A DNA stretch of 58,761 bases, filler included, from Actinomycetales bacterium (GTDB lineage Bacteria > Actinomycetota > Actinomycetes > Actinomycetales > CAVURS01), in NCBI GenBank assembly GCA_045807245.1. It is 4 parts of 4 records of this genome, joined end to end, with 100 filler letters (N's around TTAATTAATTAA, not from the genome) between each part and the next. Parts side by side here need not be neighbours in the genome. Positions count along the whole stretch, not along the records: positions 39,246 to 48,755 come from JBJMHS010000072.1; positions 48,856 to 58,761 come from JBJMHS010000074.1; 2 more parts are not named here. One strand, given 5' to 3'. The notes beneath the pieces are model-generated. The model had not been told where the DNA came from. It was given only the letters and a program-made list of their open reading frames with translations, and searched no databases. A program made the position numbers and the translations under genes. The stretch's first letter is position 1. Each line of letters starts with the position of its first letter. Below, one piece after another: positions 42,521 to 52,687 of the stretch.

Positions 42521-42963
42521 ACCTTGTGCAGCTCCTTCAGCAGCGGGATGCCTTGCAGCAGCAGGGTCATCACCTGGAAGATCGCGAGGCCGAACAACGT
42601 CGCCACCCCGTCCGGCCAGAACAGGACGACGATCCCGAAGCCTACGAGGGAGATCGCGCCAAGTCGCATCATGGCCCCGGCCGCGAACTGCTTCTTGCTG
42701 AGCAGCTCGCCGCTCGCCACCATGCGGGCCATCGAGTACTCGGTCAATACCGCGTTGACGACGGCCAGGAGCACCCCGATGGCGACGAATGCGCCGATCC
42801 CCGGCTCACCGAGACCGATCCCGATCACGACCGACGCGAGGATGCACAGCGCGCCGACCTGCACGATCCGCCGCTGCCCGACGACTGCGGCCCGCACGGT
42901 GGGGGGCGGTCCATCGGTGGGGGGCGGTCCATCGGTGACCGGCAGGGGCCCGGGCTCGGACAA
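42517..42963 (-). CDS. atpI: ATP synthase protein I (Rv1303-like)
   Basis: Four TM segments, overlaps the atpB start, FGLAIFQV motif; start uncertain. Confidence 0.75.
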
Positions 42964-43096
42964 CGGAATCGCTCCTCTCGCTGGTCACGTGGCTGCAACC
43001 GTTGTGAACTGGACGCGAAGCGTCAAGAGCGTATCGGTCGCCGGACAGGTGCCCGACCGCCTATCCATGCTGCTTTTCGAACGCTTGTGAACGCTA

Positions 43097-44233
43097 TCAC
43101 AAGCGTTCCAGCGGCGTTACCCCCTCTTTACCCCCACGAGACGTCCGTCGCGCGGCCCGGCGCTGCAGCCACGGGACGCCCACCGTCAGGACGGCGGCCA
43201 GGGCGACGGCGACGGCGATCAGGGCGATCGCCGTACGGGCGGGGATGAACGCGAACGACGCGGCGCCGAAGGTGAGGACGGCGGTCCACAGGTACATGAT
43301 CAGGACCGCGTGCGCATGGCTGTGCCCGATGGCGAGCAGCCGGTGGTGCAGGTGCATGGTGTCCGGCTGCGACCACTTCTGGCCGGCGCGGGTGCGCCGG
43401 ATGATGGCCAGGACCAGGTCGAGCGACGGCAGCAGCAGCACGGCCACGGGCAACAGGATCGGCACGTACGACGCGAGGCGCAGCGGCACGTTGGCCGGGT
43501 CGACGTTGCCTGTCAGCGAGATGGTCGCGGCGGCGAGGAGCAGCCCGAGCAGCATCGAGCCCGAGTCGCCCATGAAGATCCGCGCCGGGTTGAAGTTGTG
43601 CGGCAGGAAGCCCAGGCAGCAGCCGATCAGGGCGGCCGTGATGAGCGACGCGGCGCTGAAGACGTTGGGGTCGTACGTCCGCGCGAGCAGGTAGGAGTAG
43701 GTGAAGAACGCGACGGCCGCGATGCCCACGATGCCGGCGGCCAGCCCGTCCAGCCCGTCGACGAAGTTGACCGCGTTGATGGTCACCACGACCACGAGGA
43801 CTGTGAGCCCCACCAGGACGGGGGTCGGCAGGACGGTCACGCCGAACAGCGGCAGCGACAGCAGCTGGATGCCCTGGTAGGCCATCACACCGGCGGCGAG
43901 CAGCTGGCCGGCCAGCTTGGTCATCGCGTCCAGCCCGCGCAGGTCGTCGATGACGCCGAGCACGCAGACCAGGGTCGCGCCGAGCAGGACGGCCTGGGGC
44001 TCCCCCGAAGCGAAGACCTGGGAGAGGAACGGCAGCTTCCAGGCCAGCAGCACCGCGGCGGCGAAGCCCAGGAACATGCCGACGCCGCCCAGCCGCGGCA
44101 TTGGCTCGGCGTGCATGTCCCGCTCCCGCACCGGGTTGAGCGCACCGACCTTGAAGGCGAACCACCGCACCAGCGGGGTGGCGACGTAGGTCACGGCCGC
44201 GGCCATGACCAGGACGAACAGGTACTCCCTCAC
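43097..44233 (-). CDS. MraY/WecA-family polyprenyl-phosphate GlcNAc-1-phosphate transferase
   Basis: PRLGG, GVIDD, NAVNFVDGLDGL, FMGDSGS, HLHHRL. Confidence 0.93.
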   Translation of the reverse strand: MREYLFVLVMAAAVTYVATPLVRWFAFKVGALNPVRERDMHAEPMPRLGGVGMFLGFAAAVLLAWKLPFLSQVFASGEPQAVLLGATLVCVLGVIDDLRGLDAMTKLAGQLLAAGVMAYQGIQLLSLPLFGVTVLPTPVLVGLTVLVVVVTINAVNFVDGLDGLAAGIVGIAAVAFFTYSYLLARTYDPNVFSAASLITAALIGCCLGFLPHNFNPARIFMGDSGSMLLGLLLAAATISLTGNVDPANVPLRLASYVPILLPVAVLLLPSLDLVLAIIRRTRAGQKWSQPDTMHLHHRLLAIGHSHAHAVLIMYLWTAVLTFGAASFAFIPARTAIALIAVAVALAAVLTVGVPWLQRRAARRTSRGGKEGVTPLERL

Positions 44234-44889
44234 GCGGCCGGTCCCTCCGCCGCGTCCAGATCGGGGACGACGGTCCGCAGCCGGTCAGCCGCGAGGGCAC
44301 CTTGACGGAGCAGCCGAGGGCGCTCACCGGTGACGTCGACGATCGTCGACGCCTGCGAGCCCGGGCACGGACCGGCGTCGAGATAGACGGAGACCGCGTC
44401 GCCGAGCTGTTCCTCGGCCTCGTCGCACGTCGTCGCGGCCGGCTGACCGGTGCGGTTGGCGCTGGTCACCGCCAGCGGGCCGGTGCTCTCCAGCAGGGCC
44501 AGAGCGGTGCGGTGCAGGGGCATCCGCAGGGCGACCGTGTCGCCCCGGTCACCCAGGTCCCAGGTCAGCGACGGCTGGGAGCGGCAGACGATGGTGAGCG
44601 CGCCGGGCCAGAACGCGTCCACCAGGTCCCGTGCGTACGGCGGAACGTCGTAGGCCAGCCCGTCCAGCACCCGCTGGCCGGCGACCAGGACCGGGGGAGG
44701 CATGGCCCGGCCCCGGCCCTTCGCGGCCAGCAGCGCTCGCACGGCCTCGGGGTCGAAGGCGTCCGCGCCCACGCCGTACACGGTGTCGGTGGGTAGCACG
44801 ATGACCTCGCCGCGGCGGACCGCGTCGGCGGCCAGCATCACGCCGTCCTCGCGCCCGGGAGCATCGCGCACGTCGATGCGTCGCCTCAC
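44230..44889 (-). CDS. tsaC: Threonylcarbamoyl-AMP synthase (Sua5/TsaC)
   Basis: LPTDTVYGVG, AKGR, FWPGALT, TSANRTG, ASTIVD. Confidence 0.93.
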   Translation of the reverse strand: MRRRIDVRDAPGREDGVMLAADAVRRGEVIVLPTDTVYGVGADAFDPEAVRALLAAKGRGRAMPPPVLVAGQRVLDGLAYDVPPYARDLVDAFWPGALTIVCRSQPSLTWDLGDRGDTVALRMPLHRTALALLESTGPLAVTSANRTGQPAATTCDEAEEQLGDAVSVYLDAGPCPGSQASTIVDVTGERPRLLRQGALAADRLRTVVPDLDAAEGPAA

Positions 44890-44915
44890 GGCGGCATCTT
44901 TCCACGCACGCGCGG

Positions 44916-45287
44916 TCAGACCGCGGTGAGCGAAAGGGTGTTGCCGTCGGGGTCGTTGAACCAGAGCACCCGCGCACCGCCCGGCGCCGTCCACACCCCG
45001 GCCCCGTCCTGCTCCATGCCGCCGTAGCGCAGCGGCACGATCCCGGCATCCGACAGGGCCCGGGCGGTGGACTCGATGTCCTCGACCAGCCAGCCCAGGA
45101 TGGTGAAGGGCTGCGGCTGCAGGTCCTGGACCAGCGTGACGCGGACGGTGGTGCCGCCCGCATCGAGGACGACGGCGTACGGCGTGTGCTCGAGCACGTC
45201 CAGCCCGAGGGTGTCGCCGTAGAACGTGGCCGCGCGGTCCATGTCCGTCGTGGGCACGAACGCGAACAGGGGTTTACCGGCCAGCAT
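44916..45287 (-). CDS. VOC/glyoxalase family protein
   Basis: FYGDTLGL...WFNDPDGNTLSL. Confidence 0.88.
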   Translation of the reverse strand: MLAGKPLFAFVPTTDMDRAATFYGDTLGLDVLEHTPYAVVLDAGGTTVRVTLVQDLQPQPFTILGWLVEDIESTARALSDAGIVPLRYGGMEQDGAGVWTAPGGARVLWFNDPDGNTLSLTAV

Positions 45288-45297
45288 GCGGCCGACC

Positions 45298-46197
45298 CTA
45301 TGCCGGGGCAGCGCCGGCGCGCGTGGCGGTCACGTAGCGCGGGCGTCCGCTGAGGTCCAGGTGGTCCTCGACGTCGTACCAGCCGCCGCCCGCGGCGACC
45401 GCGGCCACCGACGCGGCGCCTTGCACGTCGGCGTGCTCCATGACCATCCGGCCGCCCGGACGCAGCAGCCGGGCGGCCAGGAGGATGAACCCGCGGGGGA
45501 CGGTCAGGCCGTCGGGTCCGAGGCCGTACAGCGCGACCGGGGGGTCGTGGTCGCGGACCTCCGGGTCGACCGGCTCCTGCCCAGGCGGGATGTACGGCGG
45601 GTTGCCGGCGACCACGTCGACCTGGCCGAGCAGGTCGGCCAGGACCCGCAGGGCGGCCGGCGTGGTCACGTCCGCCGCCCGCAGGTCCACGCGGCCGGGA
45701 GCGAGCGCCGCGATGTTGGCCTGCGCCCAGGCGCGTGCGTCGACGCTCACCTCGACGGCGACGACCGTCGCCTTCGGCACCTCGGTCGCGACCGCGAGCG
45801 CGATCGCGCCCGAGCCCGTACAGAGGTCCACCACCAGGGCCCGACCGGTCGAGGCGACGGCCGCCCGCGCCGCGTCGATGGCGATGCCGGCGACCTCCTC
45901 GGTCTCCGGACGTGGCACGAAGACCCCGGGACCGACGGCCAGATCGAGGTCGCGGAACGGCGCGCGCCCGGTCAGGTGCTGCAGCGGGACGCGGCGGGCA
46001 CGCTCGGCCACCAGCTCGTCGTACCCGCCGGGCACGTCCGTGCCGCCGAGGAGGGCGCGGCGGACGATCTCAGGTCGGGAGACATGCAGCAGGTGAGCCG
46101 CCAGCAGCTCCGCGTCCGCGCGCGGGCTCGGTACGCCGGCCACCGCCAGCTCCGCCGCCGCCCGGTCCAGCGCCACCCCGAGCTCCACGAGCATCAT
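45298..46197 (-). CDS. prmC: Release factor glutamine methyltransferase
   Basis: PLQHLTG, FVPRPETE, DLCTGSGA, NPPY. Confidence 0.95.
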   Translation of the reverse strand: MMLVELGVALDRAAAELAVAGVPSPRADAELLAAHLLHVSRPEIVRRALLGGTDVPGGYDELVAERARRVPLQHLTGRAPFRDLDLAVGPGVFVPRPETEEVAGIAIDAARAAVASTGRALVVDLCTGSGAIALAVATEVPKATVVAVEVSVDARAWAQANIAALAPGRVDLRAADVTTPAALRVLADLLGQVDVVAGNPPYIPPGQEPVDPEVRDHDPPVALYGLGPDGLTVPRGFILLAARLLRPGGRMVMEHADVQGAASVAAVAAGGGWYDVEDHLDLSGRPRYVTATRAGAAPA

Positions 46198-46217
46198 TCT
46201 CCGCGAAGTCCGTCGAG

Positions 46218-46256
46218 CGGCCCCAAAGCGCCCAGTAAATGGGCACATCGGGGCCG
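46218..46256 (+). repeat. 39-bp palindromic unit (left)
   Basis: CGGCCCC-aaagcGCCCA-gtaaa-TGGGC-acatc-GGGGCCG; 32/39 identical to 47070-47108. Confidence 0.8.
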
Positions 46257-46320
46257 CAGATGGTCCACAGATCCGCTCGACGGGCTTCCGAGCATCGCAA
46301 CTGAGACCGAGAGTCGGTCG

Positions 46321-47090
46321 GTGCCCGAGATCCCGGACGTCGCACTCCGTCAGAGCGGCGTGTTCTCTCGGGCGCAGGCGTACGACGCGGGATGGAGTCC
46401 CCGTCAGGTTCGGCGACGCCTCGACGCCGGACGGTGGCGGCCCATCGCTGGCGCAGCGTTGTGCGCGGCACCGCGACCGTCGACCGTGAGCGTGGGCTGA
46501 GTGCACAGGGGCTGATCGCGCACCGGATGCGCTTGACAGCGGCTGACGTCGGCTCGGTTCGAGGCCTCGCGACAACCACGAGTCGGCGCACCGCGGTGGA
46601 CTTGCTCGCGTCCCTCCCCTGGCCGCAGGCTCGGCGGCTCTGGGCCTGGACCGTTACACGCAACGTGCTGGGGCCCGAGCAGCTGGCCGAAGCAGCAGCA
46701 ACGAGAGTGGGCTGGCGCGGCACCCCTCAGCTCAAACGCCTGGTGCGGAGCACCAGCTCCGGAGCGCTGAGCGAGGCGGAGGAGAGGCTGCACGCGCTCC
46801 TTCGCAAGGGACGTCTCGAAAGGTGGGTCGCAAACGCGCCGGTTCGTGTGGGGGGCCGGGTCGTCGCGGTCGCGGATGTGCTTTTCCCGGACGCTCGCCT
46901 GGTCATCGAGGTGGACGGGTACACCAGTCACACCGGCGTCAACGCCTTCCATCAGGACCGAGCCCGGCAGAACGCGTTGGTGCTCGCGGGCTACACGGTC
47001 CTGCGTTTCACCTGGCGGGATCTGACCCGGCGCCCGGACGACGTTCTGCGCGAGATCGAGCGTGCACTACGGCCCCGAACCGCCCAGTAA
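46321..47090 (+). pseudogene. AbiEi-like/DUF559 endonuclease-domain gene, frameshifted with probable internal deletion
   Basis: N-terminal VALRQSGVFSRAQAYDAGWS...GRW frame stops at 46500. C-terminal SEAEERL...ADVLFPDARLVIEVDGYTSH...DRARQNAL...LRFTW is in another frame. Confidence 0.75.
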
Positions 47091-47108
47091 GTGGGCGGTT
47101 CAGGGCCG
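47070..47108 (+). repeat. 39-bp palindromic unit (right)
   Basis: CGGCCCcGAACCGCCCA-gtaag-TGGGCGGTTCaGGGCCG hairpin; its loop holds the gene's TAA stop. Confidence 0.8.
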
Positions 47109-47118
47109 TTGAGTCACG

Positions 47119-48192
47119 TCAGTCGGCGACGGCGGCGAGCTGCGCTGCTTCGTCCGCGTCGACGGCGGACTGGATCACGTCGTCCAGGTCGCCGTCGAGG
47201 ATCTGGTCCAGCCGGTAGGCCTTGAAGCCCGTCCGGTGGTCCGAGACGCGGTTCTCCGGGAAGTTGTAGGTGCGGATGCGCTCCGACCGGTCCACCGTGC
47301 GCACCTGCGAGCGCCGCGCGGCCGCGGCACTCGCCTCGGCCTCCTCCTGGGCCATGGCGTGCAGCCGGGCGCGCAGGATGCGCATCGCCTGCTCCTTGTT
47401 CTGGAGCTGGGACTTCTCGTTCTGGCAGGACACGACGACGCCGGTCGGCAGGTGGGTGATGCGCACGGCCGAGTCGGTCGTGTTGACGCTCTGACCGCCC
47501 GGACCGGACGAGCGGAACACGTCGATGCGCAGGTCGGCCGGGTTGATCTCGACCTCGACCTCGTCGACCTCGGGCGTGACCAGGACGCCGGCTGCGGACG
47601 TGTGGATGCGGCCCTGGGACTCCGTGACCGGGACCCGCTGGACCCGGTGCACGCCGCCCTCGTACTTCAGCCGGGCCCAGACACCCTCGCCCGGACCCGG
47701 GGCGCCGGCAGTGGTGATCGACACGGCCACGTCCTTGTACCCACCGAGGTCGCTCGGCGCGCTGTGCAGGACCTGGGTGCGCCAGCCCCGGCGCTCGGCG
47801 TACCGCAGGTACATCCGCAGCAGGTCGCCGGCGAACAGGGCCGACTCCTCGCCGCCCTCCCCCGCCTTGACCTCCAGGATCACGTCCCGGTCGTCGTCGG
47901 GGTCGCGGGGCAGCAGCAGCAGGCGCAGCCGCTCGGCCGCAGCCTCGGCGGTCGCCTCGAGCCCCGGCAGCTCGGCCGCGAACGTCACGTCCTCGCCGGC
48001 CAGCTCACGGGCGGCCTGCACGTCACCGGCGGCGGTCTGCCACGACCGGTACGCCGCGACGACCGGCGTCAACGCGGCGTACCGCCGACCCAGCCGTTTG
48101 GCCAGGCCCTGGTCGGTGTGAACCTCGGGGTCGGCGAGGCGAGACTCGACGTCGCCGTACTCGGTGAGCAGCGACTCGACCGCCTCGAACAT
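47119..48192 (-). CDS. prfA: Peptide chain release factor 1
   Basis: [10 protein letters not shown] (PxT), [19 protein letters not shown]. Confidence 0.97.
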   Translation of the reverse strand: MFEAVESLLTEYGDVESRLADPEVHTDQGLAKRLGRRYAALTPVVAAYRSWQTAAGDVQAARELAGEDVTFAAELPGLEATAEAAAERLRLLLLPRDPDDDRDVILEVKAGEGGEESALFAGDLLRMYLRYAERRGWRTQVLHSAPSDLGGYKDVAVSITTAGAPGPGEGVWARLKYEGGVHRVQRVPVTESQGRIHTSAAGVLVTPEVDEVEVEINPADLRIDVFRSSGPGGQSVNTTDSAVRITHLPTGVVVSCQNEKSQLQNKEQAMRILRARLHAMAQEEAEASAAAARRSQVRTVDRSERIRTYNFPENRVSDHRTGFKAYRLDQILDGDLDDVIQSAVDADEAAQLAAVAD

Positions 48193-48211
48193 CCCGGGAC
48201 CGGAGGTCGGG

Positions 48212-48430
48212 CTACTTGGCAGCGGCCTTCTTGCCGTAGCGCTGCTCGAACCGGGCCACGCGGCCACCGGTGTCGAGGATCTTCTGCTTGCCCGTGTAGA
48301 ACGGGTGGCACTGGCTGCAGACGTCGGCGTGGATGACGCCGTTCTTGGCCGTGCTGCGCGTCGTGAACGTCGCGCCGCAGGTGCAGGTCACCTGGGTCTC
48401 GACGTACTCGGGGTGGATGTCCTTCTTCAC
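48212..48430 (-). CDS. rpmE: 50S ribosomal protein L31 (Zn-binding form)
   Basis: [25 protein letters not shown]. Confidence 0.98.
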   Translation of the reverse strand: MKKDIHPEYVETQVTCTCGATFTTRSTAKNGVIHADVCSQCHPFYTGKQKILDTGGRVARFEQRYGKKAAAK

Positions 48431-48559
48431 GATCTCTCCTTGGCTGTCAGTCGCCGGGTCGCCGCACGTCTGCCTGGATGCAGTGACGAGGACGTGAACC
48501 GGAACTGGTCTCAGTGTGCCAGTGCAGGAACAGCCGGCCGAAACCGGCCATTCCCGGGG

Positions 48560-48755
48560 TCAGTCGTCGTCGGACTGGCCGGGGACCGACGGGCTGGTCT
48601 TCTGCACCTGCATCAGGAACTCGGCGTTGCTGCCGGTCTTGCGCAGCCGGTCCAGCAGCAGCTCGAGCGCCTGCTGGGAGTCCAGCGCGGTCAGGACGCG
48701 GCGCAGCTTCCAGCTGACGGCCAGCTCCTCGCGACCGAGCAGGATCTCCTCTCGC
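48560..48755 (-). CDS. rho: Transcription termination factor Rho, C-terminal fragment
   Basis: Manual translation REEILLGREELAVSWKLRRVL...LLDRLRKTGSNAEFL; upstream of rpmE. Confidence 0.92.
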
Positions 48756-48855
48756 NNNNNNNNNNNNNNNNNNNNNNNNNNNNNNNNNNNNNNNNNNNNT
48801 TAATTAATTAANNNNNNNNNNNNNNNNNNNNNNNNNNNNNNNNNNNNNNNNNNNN
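48756..48855. other. Artificial contig linker
   Basis: N run with TTAATTAATTAA. Confidence 0.98.
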
Positions 48856-50319
48856 TACGCGTGGCTGTTCCGCGCGCACCCGACTGCGGTCTGGAACGAC
48901 TACTGGTACGGCGGGCACCTGCTCGGCGGCTACAGCCTGCTGTACCCCCCACTGGCCGGGCTGCTCGGCGCCCGGCTCGTCGGAGCCTTGGCCGCGGTCG
49001 CGGCCGCGACAGCCGCGAACACGCTCTTCACCGAGGCGGCCGCCGGCCTTGGGAAGGGGCCGCGGCGGGCCGCCCAGCTGGCATCGGCCTGGTTCGCCGT
49101 CGGGGTCCTGCAGCCGTTCGTGGTGGGGCAGATGCCGTTCATCGCGGGGCTCGCCTTCGGTCTGGGCGCACTCGTGGCCGCCCGTCGCGAACGCCCGTGG
49201 TGGGCCGCGGTCGCCGCTCTGGCCGCCAGCCTGAGCAGCCCGCTCGTGGGCGCGTTCCTGCTCATGGTCGCGCTGGCGTGGACGGTCGACGCCGGCCTGC
49301 GCCGCACCGCACCGCTGACGGCGGCCGTGGTTGGCCTGGTCATGGCGGCCGGCTTCGGCGGCGGCGGCTGGTTCCCGTTCCCGCGTAGCTCGCTGCTCAG
49401 CGTGCTGATCTTCTGCGTGCTCGGTCTGGCGCTGGTCCGGCGCGGGTTCCGCAGCTTTCGCTTGGCGCTGGTCCTGTACGGCGGCGCAGCCCTCGTCATC
49501 TGCACGTTCCACAACCCGGTCGGCGGCAACGTGGCCCGGCTCGGGGCCTTGGTCGGCGGCCCGGTTGCGGCGGCTGTCCTGGGCGCCCGGAACCAGTGGC
49601 GGGCGCTGGCTGTGCTTGCCGTACCGCTCGCCGCCTGGCAGCTCTGGCCGCTCGGCACCGCGGTCGACCGGTCTATCGGCGACCCGTCCAGCCGGCCGGC
49701 GTACTACGCCGGCCTGGCCGGCTTCCTGCGCACCCAGGACCCGGGCGCCGGCCGGGTCGAGGTGCCGAGCCTTCGCCAGCACTGGGAGGCGTACTACATA
49801 CCGCGCGTGTTCCCGATCGCGCGCGGGTGGGAGCGGCAGCTGGACCTGCGCGACAACGAGGTGCTCTACCGGCCCGACCTCACGCCCGAGGCGCTGCACG
49901 ACTGGCTCGTCGCGAACGGCGTCGGTCTGGTCGCGCTCCCGGATGCGCCGTTGGACTACTGGTCGCGCCGCGAGGGCCAGCTCGTCGCGGCCGGGCAACC
50001 GTGGCTCACACCTGTGTGGAGCGATGCGCACTGGCGGGTGTGGCGGGTCGCCGACTCGACCGGCCTCGCCGGCAACGGCGCGCGGCTGACCCGACTCGAC
50101 GTCGACTCGTTCGCCGTGTCGGTCGACCAGCTCGGCGCGAGCGTCGTACGGATCCACTGGAACCCGTTCTGGGAGGTCTCGGCCGGGCTGGCCTGCCTGC
50201 GGAAGAGCCCCGACGGGTGGACGACGGTCGTGGCGGCCGGGCCCGGGTCGATCGAGGTGCGCGCCGAGTGGACGATCTCCGCGGCCGTCCGCCAGCCCGA
50301 CCGCGTCGGCTGCGACTGA
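48856..50319 (+). CDS. Polytopic membrane protein, 5' truncated (possible GT-C fold)
   Basis: Frame open from the contig start (WNDYWYGGH...YSLLYPPL); many TM segments; ARGWERQLD extracellular region. Confidence 0.7.
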   Translation, partial: YAWLFRAHPTAVWNDYWYGGHLLGGYSLLYPPLAGLLGARLVGALAAVAAATAANTLFTEAAAGLGKGPRRAAQLASAWFAVGVLQPFVVGQMPFIAGLAFGLGALVAARRERPWWAAVAALAASLSSPLVGAFLLMVALAWTVDAGLRRTAPLTAAVVGLVMAAGFGGGGWFPFPRSSLLSVLIFCVLGLALVRRGFRSFRLALVLYGGAALVICTFHNPVGGNVARLGALVGGPVAAAVLGARNQWRALAVLAVPLAAWQLWPLGTAVDRSIGDPSSRPAYYAGLAGFLRTQDPGAGRVEVPSLRQHWEAYYIPRVFPIARGWERQLDLRDNEVLYRPDLTPEALHDWLVANGVGLVALPDAPLDYWSRREGQLVAAGQPWLTPVWSDAHWRVWRVADSTGLAGNGARLTRLDVDSFAVSVDQLGASVVRIHWNPFWEVSAGLACLRKSPDGWTTVVAAGPGSIEVRAEWTISAAVRQPDRVGCD

Positions 50320-50353
50320 CCCGACGACCTCCGGGAGTGGTTCGAGCCACCTC

Positions 50354-50387
50354 GTTCAGGTGGTCCTCAGGTCGGCGGACCTAACGT
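50354..50387 (+). promoter_or_regulatory. Tandem hexamer site plus -10 (likely leaderless)
   Basis: GTTCAG-N5-CCTCAG-N11-TAACGT-N6-ATG(50394). Confidence 0.6.
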
Positions 50388-50393
50388 CGCCGC

Positions 50394-51923
50394 ATGCTCC
50401 GGGCCGTCCGCGCGACGACTCGTCATATCTCGACCTGGCTTCCCTACGTCGCCGTGACGACGGTCGCGCTGTTCGCGCGGCTCTTCCCCGTCCTGCACGG
50501 TGGCGGTCTCAAGGGCGTCGGCGGGTACGACGACGGGGTCTACTTCGCCGCGTCCGAGGCGCTCGTCCACGGGCGGGTGCCCTACCGGGACTTCATGCTG
50601 TTGCACCCGCCGGGGCTGATCTACCTGCTGACGCCGTTCGCGCTACTCGCGCATCAGGTCGGCGACGCGAACGCGTGGGCCGCGGCTCGTGTCTTCGTCA
50701 TGCTGCTCGGGGTGGCCAGCGCCGTGTTGGTCACCCTGATCCTGCGGCCGTACGGCACCACCGCCTCGCTGACCGGCGGGCTCCTGTACGCCGTCTGGTT
50801 TCCGGCGCTCAACGCCGAGTTCTCCACGCTGCTCGAAGGTCCCAGCAACGCGATGCTCCTCGGGGCGCTGCTGCTTCTGACCCGGCGGGGCCGGGCGGAG
50901 GCCGGCGGGGCGGCGCCGGGGTGGAGGAGCGAGCTGGCCGCCGGGGCGATGCTGGGTCTGGCGGCCAGTACGAAGATCTGGGGCGTCGTGCCGTTCCTCG
51001 TCGTGGTGGCCTGGCAGGCGGTCACGCGCGGGCGCCGGGCGGCCTCGTGGGTGCTGGCCGGCGGAGTAGCTATGGTCGCCGTCGTCTGCGGCCCGGTGTT
51101 CGCATTTGCTCCGGCCCGAATGCTGGAGCTCGTCGTGGGGGACCAGCTCCAGCGCTCGGACACACACACGAGCCTGTTGCTGCGCGCTGCCGACTTCACC
51201 CCCGTATCCCGGCTGCTGCCCGGGGCGGCGAACGGGGCCACGATCGCCGCGCTGGTCGTCGTCGGCGCCGTCGGGTTGGTGTGCGCGGACCGCGCCTGGA
51301 CCGTACGGTCGGCCCGGGTGTTCGTCGTCCTGCTGCTCGCGCAGACCGCTGTCCTGCTCGCCAGCCCGTCGTACTTCCCGCACTACGGCGCGTACCTGGC
51401 GCCGGCCGTGGCCCTGACGGCGGGAACCGCCGTGGGGGTGCTGGCGGAGCGGTTCACCGGGCGAAGCCGGCTGGTACGCCGCGCCCTGCCGGCTGCCCTG
51501 CTCGTAGGGTTCGCCGCGCTGGCGGCGCCGGTCGTCGTCGTACCGCGCATGGCGGCGTTCGACGCCACGGCGGTGCGGGCCGCGCTGACCGGCCGGCGGT
51601 GTGTCGAAGCCGACACGCCGAGCTCCCTGATCCTCTCCGGCGCGCTGTCCCCCGACCTCGCACGGGGTTGCCCGACGCGGATCGACGTGACCGGCCCGAC
51701 GTACAACGTGGACCGGGTCGTGGGGACCGATGGACGCACCGTGCCGAGGGTCCGAAATCCGTTGTGGCAGAGGGATATTCTCGCCTACCTCCGGTCCGGC
51801 AACGCGGCCATGGTGACGCGTTCGGAGGCGGACGGCTTCAGCGAGGGCACCCGGCGGGCCCTGCGCCACCTGACGCTGCTCTATCGCGGCCGAGACGTGA
51901 CCGTGTATGCGACGGGAGGCTGA
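50394..51923 (+). CDS. GT-C-type membrane glycosyltransferase-like protein
   Basis: GYDDGVYF, PYRDFMLLHPPG, AASTKIWG, YFPHY; many TM segments. Confidence 0.75.
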   Translation: MLRAVRATTRHISTWLPYVAVTTVALFARLFPVLHGGGLKGVGGYDDGVYFAASEALVHGRVPYRDFMLLHPPGLIYLLTPFALLAHQVGDANAWAAARVFVMLLGVASAVLVTLILRPYGTTASLTGGLLYAVWFPALNAEFSTLLEGPSNAMLLGALLLLTRRGRAEAGGAAPGWRSELAAGAMLGLAASTKIWGVVPFLVVVAWQAVTRGRRAASWVLAGGVAMVAVVCGPVFAFAPARMLELVVGDQLQRSDTHTSLLLRAADFTPVSRLLPGAANGATIAALVVVGAVGLVCADRAWTVRSARVFVVLLLAQTAVLLASPSYFPHYGAYLAPAVALTAGTAVGVLAERFTGRSRLVRRALPAALLVGFAALAAPVVVVPRMAAFDATAVRAALTGRRCVEADTPSSLILSGALSPDLARGCPTRIDVTGPTYNVDRVVGTDGRTVPRVRNPLWQRDILAYLRSGNAAMVTRSEADGFSEGTRRALRHLTLLYRGRDVTVYATGG

Positions 51924-52645
51924 CGACGGTGCACGGCTTCCATGCGGTAACCGACGCCCCGGATCGTCGAGATCTCGGGCACCAGCGCGTCCATGAGATC
52001 CGCCGCCTCGCGCAACCGGCGCCTGAGCCCGACCATCGTGACGTCGAGAGTCTTGGTCGAACGGAACCAGTGCTCGTCCCAGACGACGCTCATCAACGTG
52101 GTCCGGGTGACCACGCGGCCGGCGTTCGACGCGAGCGTGTCGAGCAGGTCGAACTCCTTGACCCGCAACACGATCTCGTGATCGAGGACGAACGCTCGGC
52201 GGGCCGACCGGTCGATGACCAGATCGCCGTGGGGACCGGCGCGACGAGCGGGCCGCGGCTCGTTGGCGGGGCGGCGGCGCCGCGCGCGGATCCGTGCCGC
52301 GAGGACCGACGGCACGACCGGGTTGCCCACATAGTCGTCCGCGCCGAGCTCGAGCAGCTCCACCAGGCCCGCGTCCGATACGGACTCCACCAGAACGAAC
52401 AGCAGCGTCTCGCGCCCGGTCTCCCTCAGCCGCCGGAGCTCAGTCGCCAGATGCGGACGGCTGGCCGGCGGGATGAGCAGCACCACGTCGTAGTCGGCCT
52501 GGCTGAGGCCGAGGAGGGTGACGGCCTGGTCGCAGCTGCGGACACCACGCGCGTCCAGGGCCGGGGAACGCAACAGCCGGGCCGTCGCGCGAGCGTCACC
52601 ACCGACGACCAGGACCGAGACGGGTAGATCGTCGGCGGCTCGCAC
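51881..52645 (-). CDS. Atypical OmpR-family response regulator (degenerate receiver)
   Basis: Intact winged helix (KEFDLL, VWDEHW, TIRGVGYR); receiver reads VVGGD, VVLLIPP, DDYVGNP. Confidence 0.8.
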   Translation of the reverse strand: MRAADDLPVSVLVVGGDARATARLLRSPALDARGVRSCDQAVTLLGLSQADYDVVLLIPPASRPHLATELRRLRETGRETLLFVLVESVSDAGLVELLELGADDYVGNPVVPSVLAARIRARRRRPANEPRPARRAGPHGDLVIDRSARRAFVLDHEIVLRVKEFDLLDTLASNAGRVVTRTTLMSVVWDEHWFRSTKTLDVTMVGLRRRLREAADLMDALVPEISTIRGVGYRMEAVHRRQPPVAYTVTSRPR

Positions 52646-52651
52646 GGCCAG

Positions 52652-52685
52652 ACGCTACGGAGAGACTGCTGAGAGGAAACTGAAG
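52652..52685 (-). promoter_or_regulatory. Tandem hexamer site plus -10 (likely leaderless)
   Basis: Minus strand CTTCAG-N5-TCTCAG-N11-TAGCGT-N6-GTG(52645). Confidence 0.6.
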
Positions 52686-52687
52686 AG

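Noticed and set aside
42897..42937. 18-bp tandem duplication in the atpI 5' region
   Set aside because: In-frame TDGPPP duplication in a likely disordered N-terminus; no sign of function.
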